From: Octopus sinensis
Taxonomy: Eukaryota
Direction: 5' to 3'
DNA: 64,000 nt
Assembly: GCF_006345805.1 (NCBI RefSeq)
Contig: NC_043013.1
Span: 23,250,001-23,314,000, forward strand
Below are positions 56,501 to 64,000 of the stretch, one piece after another; position 1 is the stretch's first letter, and each line of letters begins with the position of its first letter. The notes below the pieces were generated by a model that was not told where the DNA came from, ran no database searches, and saw only the letters and a list, made by a program, of their open reading frames with translations. The translations under genes were made by a program, and so were the position numbers.

Positions 56501-59500
56501 CTCTCTCTCCCCCCTCTTCTCTCTCTCTCTCTCCTCTTCTCTCTCTCTCTCTCCCTGTCTGCCTTTCACCATCAGAACACCACCCCTCTGATAAAATCAT
56601 ATTAACTCTCCTCCTCTACCTTCAACTAACTTTTTTAACTATGTAATAAATATTACATTCCCCCTCCCTCACATCATGGACGCTTCTCTCTCCCCCTTTC
56701 TGTCTCACTCTTTGCCTTATCTTCTTTTTCTCCCTCCCTTCTGCCTCATGCCATGGACTCTTCTCTCTCTCCTTTTTTTCTAATCCCATGAAAGCATTAC
56801 CGACAGGGCCAAGGAACGCAATGGCAAGCAGAATTATTATTAAAAGGACACCTCTGATTGTAGTCAAAACCCATTTAGAGTTTCTCCCTGCTGGACGTCT
56901 GGGTGTGTTTGTTTGTTTGTCTCTCCACTCTCGGTGTTGGTTTGTTTACATCCCTGTAACATAGCAGTTCAGCAAATGTGATCAACAGAATAAACACCAG
57001 GCTTAAAAAAAGAACTGGGGTCAATAACTCAACTAAAACTTCTTCAAGGCAGTGCTCCAGCATGGCCACAGTCTAATTACTGAAGCAAATAAGCAACAGA
57101 AGATTTAAACAGAAAGTGGGACGTGTAATGCTTCCCGTTTGGTGTTCATGGCTGAATGCCCTCACTAAACGCCAACTTGGTTTGTGTTGGCTGCACAACA
57201 GAAAAGTTTTAAAATTTAATGGCAAAAGGCGTCGGGGCACGATGACACGGCTTGATGGAGCTTGCCGAGCATTTTACCACAAATGAATCTTAACTTTGAC
57301 AAACACCCTAAAGTACACATTTTTCATAAAAATATTCTGGCTCCACTGAATTTTCAGTTTTCAAAACACTTGAAGACTAATATATTTGTAAGTTTCTAGC
57401 ATCCGACTTTTGGGTTTGGGGAGAAGGAATAAAATTACAGCAGGAAAGGAATGTCGGATAGACTTGCAAACATTTTTTAATTTCTGCATTTTTCTGTATT
57501 TTCCATTATTTTTGTCTTTCTCTCAAAATTTCAGGCCACGTGCCTATAGTAGAAAGGATCATTATTGTTGTTATTGAAAACAGCAAGCAGACAGAATTGG
57601 TAGAGCATCAGACAAAAAGGCAGGTGTCTTATCTTGAAGTTTGGTGACAACAAGTCTCCTAAAATCTCAAGAGTCTTCCTGAGGGTTCTTGCAGAATATA
57701 AGAATGGTACTTTTCTGCCGGTCAGCAGCACAAGTTTCAATTCTCCTTTCTTTCAGTCTTTTAGGCAGCATTTTGGGTGTTGTGCCAGAACTCAGCTCTT
57801 CCTCCATAGTGGTCCCTTATTCTAACAACAACAACAACGATGATGATGATGATTGCTGACATTGGCACACGGTCGCACATTTTGGAGGAGTTCATATATA
57901 GTCTGTTAGGATGACGCCCCCCCCCCCTCATTGGTTCCTTATTTTCCAATGCTAGGAAAATGGATGCTGAAGTTAGTCTTGGTTGGATCTCAAGTCAGAA
58001 CAAAAAAGAATGGTAACTAAATACAGTGAAGCATTGAGTCCTGAGAGCATCAGATAAATGCCTTGTGGTATTTGATCAAGGTCCCTTATATTCTGAATCC
58101 ATCAAGGTTGATAAAATAGAGTTTAAACAATTAATTCCTCCTTCTCGATTTGTGACCTACCTATGTTCCAGATTATATTTAGAGAAAAAACTTCTCCATC
58201 AATGAAGTCTTAAGATGCAGTCAAAACTAACCCACTTTTCTTGTGCCACAAATGTTTTTGAGGAAGCCATCAATGAAGCACAATTTTATTTCCTTTCATA
58301 AATTTGTATTCCATCATTTCTTCTATAATTTCTTCTTGTTCAGTTACTAGTCAGTTCTAATTAAGCTGACGATTAGTTAAAAGGGTTTCAGCTGTGCTAT
58401 CTTGTCTTTTTATAGACATCTATATCAAAGACAACATTATCCTTTCTTTCTTAAGAAAGCAGAGTATGAGAGATTTGGCTGCTATTTCTTGCAGGTCAAG
58501 CAACCTAGTTGAGTTAGGGCAAAATTTTGCCTGGTTCAAATTTCAATTTGCCCACAAATGAAGTCTCTAAAAAGTCCTGGTAAAACTGTTTTAAGCCATA
58601 AATCCAAACCAATAATTTAATGTTTGTATAGGAATCGGTAAAAATAAAGATCTATTTGTTTTCTCAGTACAGATGTCTACCCACATGTTCTTGTATTCTT
58701 GGAATTCCATTCCAAGTACCAGAAAGATACCATTCCATGTGGAGAAGCTCGCTTTCTGGTTTGTTTCTCTTACAAAATTTATAACCAAACGAATCCTCGT
58801 TTGAAATGCAGGGATTTTAGTGGTTCTGTTGAAAATAGGATTGATGACCTCATCTGGATTTTAAGTTTGGATCATTCTTCGTATTCCATCCTTTGTTTCT
58901 GTCAGTGTGGTTGGATTAATAATGGTGATCTTGAGGATGATTGAAGTATTTTAGCATTACCCAACATGTCAGAGATCTTCTCTTCATGATTGCATTGTTT
59001 GGCCATTTTAATATGTTGTATGTGAGGGGAAGGGTATAGGGAACAATTGCTGAAGCTAACAAGGCAAACATCAATTAGATTTCAAAAATGTAAACTTAAA
59101 GGTGTCAGAGTCGGCGCTTTATGAATGGAAAGGAAGTTCTAACAATGATATCAGTTTTGTAGAATATCTCTGATTAGTTCAAGGTGAGAGACAACTGATG
59201 AATTCTTGTTTCTAGCATTAACTTCTGAAAACCACTCTCTAGTTTCTGCCAGGCATGGAAGTGCTGGGTGTTGGTTTAGCTAGGGGAGAATTGCTGCAGT
59301 ATCAAACCATATTTTTGAGTTCAGTTTCTTCTGAGGCAGTTTTATTGTTTAAGTTCTTCCATCTTTTTTTTTGGGGGGGGGGGGGGTATGTTTTATGTAA
59401 TCCAATCAATCCTTTCTTTGTATAAGCTGTCAGGATGCTATACGAGGGTGATTTGACTGCCATTCCAGGCAGTTGAAAGCTTTCCTTACAGTTGTTTGTT

Positions 59501-62344
59501 CTTCTGAAAATAGACAAGGAGTGGTGACTAATAAAACATAAATACCAGTGTTCCTTGTAAGGAATGGTTGCGGGAGTGACTTGGTATGTTTACTGAAATT
59601 CAAAAATGGTTTCCAATTTTTTAAACTTGTCGCAACATTTTGGAGAAGAAAGAAAAGTTTTATGGAAACAAAATTTGTTTTGTCATTTCATTAATAAAGA
59701 AGGGGAGCAGTGTTGAAAAATTGGGGAGTCCAATATTTATCAATTTCTGAATGGTTAAAGTATAAACTATATTTTGATAGTTGGAACATAAATGGTTTTG
59801 ATTGAGTTGGCTTAAATGACAAATATTCAAATTTTGTGTTACAGCCTCTTTTCTTTATTATTGTTTATCAGTTTAAATATCTGCAGGGCAAATGATACAC
59901 ATAATCTACCAATTCCCCTTTGTTCCTATTCCTTACTACTCCTCCCTCCCTCCCACACACACACACACACACACACAAGGGTCATCACAAATCTAATTAT
60001 GTGAACACATTACTGTATTCATACCTAAGAACAAACACTTAATGTAATCAATAACAAATATAAGACAATGTTTATAATAAACTTAATATCAGATAATACC
60101 AGTAAGTGCCAGACTTAAATACTGGGGTTGATTTGTTCAATGAAACCCTTCAAGGCGGTGCTCCTGCATGACCAAAGCCCAGTGATATCTACAGCCAGCA
60201 AGATGAACAACATTTTCTATTTGACCAACCATATTGATTGGAGTCTGTGCAAAGTGTGGGATTATTCCCCCTCGTCAAGGGTCTTACTGACATAGATACT
60301 GTATAATGAATAGTTTGAAATGTCTATTGGAATTACTCTGTGCTTTTGACTTGTTAGATGATTTTTATTTTGCTCTCAAGGGTCAAGGATGAAGTGGGTT
60401 AGTCAAAAAGAAAAATATTTCAGTTTAGTAAAGAGAAAGAAATTTCTTTGTTTCAGCGTTATTAGTTCATTAAATATCTATGTAACCTGTTTTACTTTGT
60501 GTTTATGGTAATGAAAATGTATTTTTGGTGGCCTGATTCACTTCGTGGTAACAGAAAAAACAATAAAAAAGAAAAAGGTTCCCTGGTCAGTGCAAATCAT
60601 TGCTGTGTACTTAACGAGAGGAACGTTTGTAGTGTTGAGTGAAATTTTCTTACGTCTAACGACATGCGAATAAATAGTTTGGGAATTTTGTTCCAAGCTA
60701 GAAATGTTCGTCTGCTACTTAACGGTGATCAGGAAGAGGAAAGTTGTTAGAACTGACTCTAATATGCCATAGTATCTTTGGTAACAGCAAAGGATGGAAT
60801 AAATGGTAATAATTGAATAAAAAGAAAAAAAAAGTTAAAATCTTTAGATTGGGACAAAATAAATATAACTAGGACGAAACAAATAATAAAGTATGGCGCA
60901 TTCACAGTAGAATTTAGAAGAGACAGACCTTTTTCAGACCTTTTATATTTTCAGGTCAGTCCTAATTAAACAGACCTATGTTTAAAAGTATTTCAGCCAT
61001 GAACATCCCATATGTTTTCAGATATATTTAAAACTCCATTATCCGATGTGTTCTGTAGAGTTGTTCAAAGAGGATTTAATGTCTAATTCTAGCAGGAATA
61101 AATGTAATTGCTTGAAGCGTGGATAATTTTCTCCTTTGCTTATGACAATTATATTTGTTTAATCGTATTCTTTGCTTTGAATTAGTTGTGGCTTGCAAAC
61201 CCACACCAGATTCTGCCAATTCTGGACCTTACAAAGCAATGTGACTTATTTTGTCACTAAACATGACAGACCCTCTCACATACAGCATCACAACCAACTC
61301 ATCTGATGCCATAGAGTAGGGAAAATCTCACCTGGTTACGTACATTGCTCTACAGACCTGGTGGGTGAGATAGAAAAGATTAATCACTGCTTTTATTTGC
61401 AGACATGACTACTTCATCCAAATCCCTTCACAACCTGTAATACTTTTCTTCTGACAAGCCAACAAAGGAACCTGTATGTAGTTGCTTGGCCTGCTAGAAT
61501 TAGCAGCTGAATTGAACTCCCCTTTGCCATCCTGTTAAAGGAAGAGCACTTTGGTTATTGTGTGCATGTCTGGATCTCTGATAATCTTGATAAGTTTTCA
61601 GTTGTTTGCTCAACAGAATTTGCTTCTCTTTGAATCAGCTTGAAAAATGGTTGGGTATTCCATAGACACATATACCCTTAGAGTTAGAGGCACTTTTCAC
61701 ATGGTAGGCTCCTGTACAGTTTCCACCTGTTCAATTTCACTCACAAAATATTGGTCGACTCTAAACAAGAGAAAATGACAAAACAAAGTGTGTGTATAGA
61801 AAGAAACCCATCAGGCAGATTGTAGCTGTAATCTGAAAGAACAGCTTTGTCCCACCCTGTGTCATGTCAGATCTGTTTGAGAATTGCATTAAGGGTATGT
61901 GTCTTTGTGGAATACCCAGCCATTTATATGCAGTGGAATTGAACTGAGGACTTTGTTGTTCCAAACTGAATTTCTTAATCATTTATATATACTGTTCTTA
62001 TATATACATTGACCCGTGTAATCTTAGATGCACCATGTCTTTAAAAAGAAAGAGATGCTCAGGCTGCTTTTGAACCGAGATCTGGTTTTGATATTTTGGG
62101 AGCAGATAAATTGTCTTTTTTTAGTTTCCTATTTATTTCTATTCCTTCTACATTTTATTTATTCATTTATTCTTGCTTAAGTCATTGGACTGCAGCCCAT
62201 GCTGGGGCATGCCTTGAAGGGTTTTTGTTGATCCCAATGCTCATTCTGTCAGTGTGTGTGTGTATTATACACACACACACACAAGCACACACAACAGCTT
62301 TGCATAGCGTCTGTTTACCCATTTCATCCACCTGACATTAGTCG

Positions 62345-62775
62345 GCCCAAAACTTTTCCTTAACTCCCTTTTGGAGCATAGAGTTCCAACAAAAGACTGC
62401 CATCTGTTTTCATCTTTGGCAATGGATTATAATTTGCGCCCAGGTGTAGCTACCTGTCATCAGTGCTTCGGTTTCCATGGTCCTTCTCCATGTTGCCTTT
62501 GGTCTGATCTGCTTGGTGTGTTGTTAGGAAGGCTTGTCTTGTAATGTTGAAAATGGGGTTTATGTAGGGTTGTGTATCCACCAGCCCCATTTCCTTCTAC
62601 TTGATCTGGGTTCACTTGTTGCTACAAGTGTTTATGAATCTGTCTTGCCATAGCATCTGAAAGAAGTTCCAGAGACATTTCTTCACAAACGTTTGGAGCT
62701 TGTTGATGGAGATCTTTATGACTCTCCATGTTTCTCCTGCATACAGCAGAACTGTCTTCATGTTTGTCAGGCTGA
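62345..62775 (-). mobile_element. RTE-clade LINE 3' fragment (third family)
   Basis: ORF 62612-62878: TNMKTVLLYAGETWRVIKISINKLQTFVKKCL, matching the RTE-type NVKSVLLYG.ETW...KLQTF.N.CLR consensus. Confidence 0.85.
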
Positions 62776-63164
62776 AACTATAATAGCTGAAGAAATTTAC
62801 CCAAAGTGGCACACATAGCAACTGAACCCAAATGAAATTCTTAGCCCTACAGTTATACCTGTACCCATTTGTATACATTTTGACACATTTTCAAGGAGTG
62901 TTTCTTCAATTCCTTCATCCCTCTGTGTCTGCACAAACACTGTAACCATGACATGCTATTGGCCCCATAACAAATTGCTAATAAATGAATTCCTCTGAAT
63001 AACCAAGATTCCATATATTTCTCAGAATCAAGGTTTCTGTGCAGAACTCTAAAAAAAAAAATGATTTCTTCGACAGCCACCAACCTTTTCCATAACCTTA
63101 ATATATCTTCATACACTGGTGAACTTCACTAAACACAACATTCTTTGTTAGATGTGGCTTTACT

Positions 63165-63216
<52 letters not shown>

Positions 63217-63321
63217 ATAAGATTAGCTCGTATACGAGTGGATATATATTTGTAAAAAATGAAGTTTGAAAATGCTGCTATATTAGACAAATTTTAATTT
63301 TTATATATACATTATTTATTT

Positions 63322-63358
63322 AACATGTTTCGGTTCTTGAAATGACGAACCTTATCAA
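63322..63358 (-). ncRNA. Decayed minimal hammerhead motif (Penelope-like)
   Basis: TTGATAA-GGTTC gtcatttcaa GAACC-GAA-ACATGT-T: 5-bp stem II, palindromic stem III; the core has two transitions from CTGATGA. Confidence 0.5.
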
Positions 63359-63708
63359 AAAAAATTATATATAAAAAAGATAGTTCATGCTATCAAATAT
63401 AAAAAATTCATATATAATATTCAATAGAATCAAACATAAAAAATTCATATATAGTAAAGCAAGTCCATGCTATATGTTTAAAGAGTATGATGTAGTAGTT
63501 CATAGTGGTGATATGCATTCAATAGAGTCAAATATAAAAAATTCATGTTCTTGAAAAGCGAGGAATTCATTTTAGATTTTATCTTGTGTTCCAATGGGAG
63601 CAACTGTAATGATTTTTGGTTGGTGTCTGTTCGTATAGTTTTGGTGAATTTTGTGAATTGTTTGGGTTTATATCAGCTCAGCTTAGCTGTCTCACTTGCA
63701 TTTTTCAC

Positions 63709-63733
63709 TGACGTCATATAGTTCCCAACCAAT
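63709..63733. promoter_or_regulatory. Full CRE palindrome (TGACGTCA 63709-63716) plus CCAAT (63729-63733)
   Basis: Motifs seen directly; function not demonstrated, and they may belong to a transposon. Confidence 0.3.
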
Positions 63734-63863
63734 CAAAACTCAGTCTCAACGAATATATCCTGTTAGGAAACCAACCAAGCAGAACGACAGTTTGGCCACG
63801 GAAGAAATACGTCATCCTTGTTTTTGACGGATTGAAATTAGATCTGATCCATGACTGTATCCT

Positions 63864-64000
63864 GTTAGGTGGGTAGTCCAGCGGAACGAGACGTCATCAA
63901 TGTTTTGACCAATCATCTCGTTAGGTGGCTAGTCCAGCAGAACGGGACGTCATCAATGTTTTGACCAATCATCCCGTTAGGTGGCTAGTCCAGCAGAACG
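63864..64000. repeat. 56-bp tandem repeat with GACGTCA and CCAAT motifs, running off the window end
   Basis: Units start at 63864, 63920 and 63976 (truncated). Confidence 0.92.

Noticed and set aside
56622-56867. Minus-strand ORF with a signal-peptide-like N-terminus
   Set aside because: Starts at TTG, and the rest is translation of CT-rich simple sequence.
61325-61432. H-box and ACA motifs with hairpins
   Set aside because: The pocket-to-ACA distance is about 27 nt, far from the 14-16 nt rule.

Overview
AT-rich, microsatellite- and SINE-dense animal genomic DNA. The repeat families look like Octopus-type cephalopod repeats, which is inference from memory and not a database result. The + strand carries the middle and C-terminal part of a CHD6-9 subfamily chromatin remodeller (CHD7/kismet orthologue). 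I traced 33 GT-AG coding exons by hand from 91 to 42630 (5035 nt, 1 nt + 1678 codons, phase-consistent at every junction). They encode the SNF2 ATPase from just upstream of the DEAH box, the helicase-C lobe, the SANT/SLIDE-like region, a long acidic insert, BRK1 and half of BRK2. The 5' exons lie upstream of the window, and I could not find the remaining 3' exons in the last 21 kb. Introns and the downstream region hold RTE- and CR1-type LINE fragments, several SINE families, and piggyBac-, hAT- and mariner-derived MITEs. The most unexpected signal is a set of at least four unrelated short elements that carry type-I hammerhead ribozyme motifs; three of these families sit inside or beside long inverted repeats (18785-19100 with a second copy at 40721-40944; 31929-32323; 38181-38383 with a collapsed copy at 11486-11647), and decayed motifs lie at 38649 and 63322. 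This matches Penelope-like or retrozyme architecture, and two motifs with the conserved core are on the pre-mRNA strand. The window ends in a 56-bp tandem repeat that carries CRE-like and CCAAT motifs.
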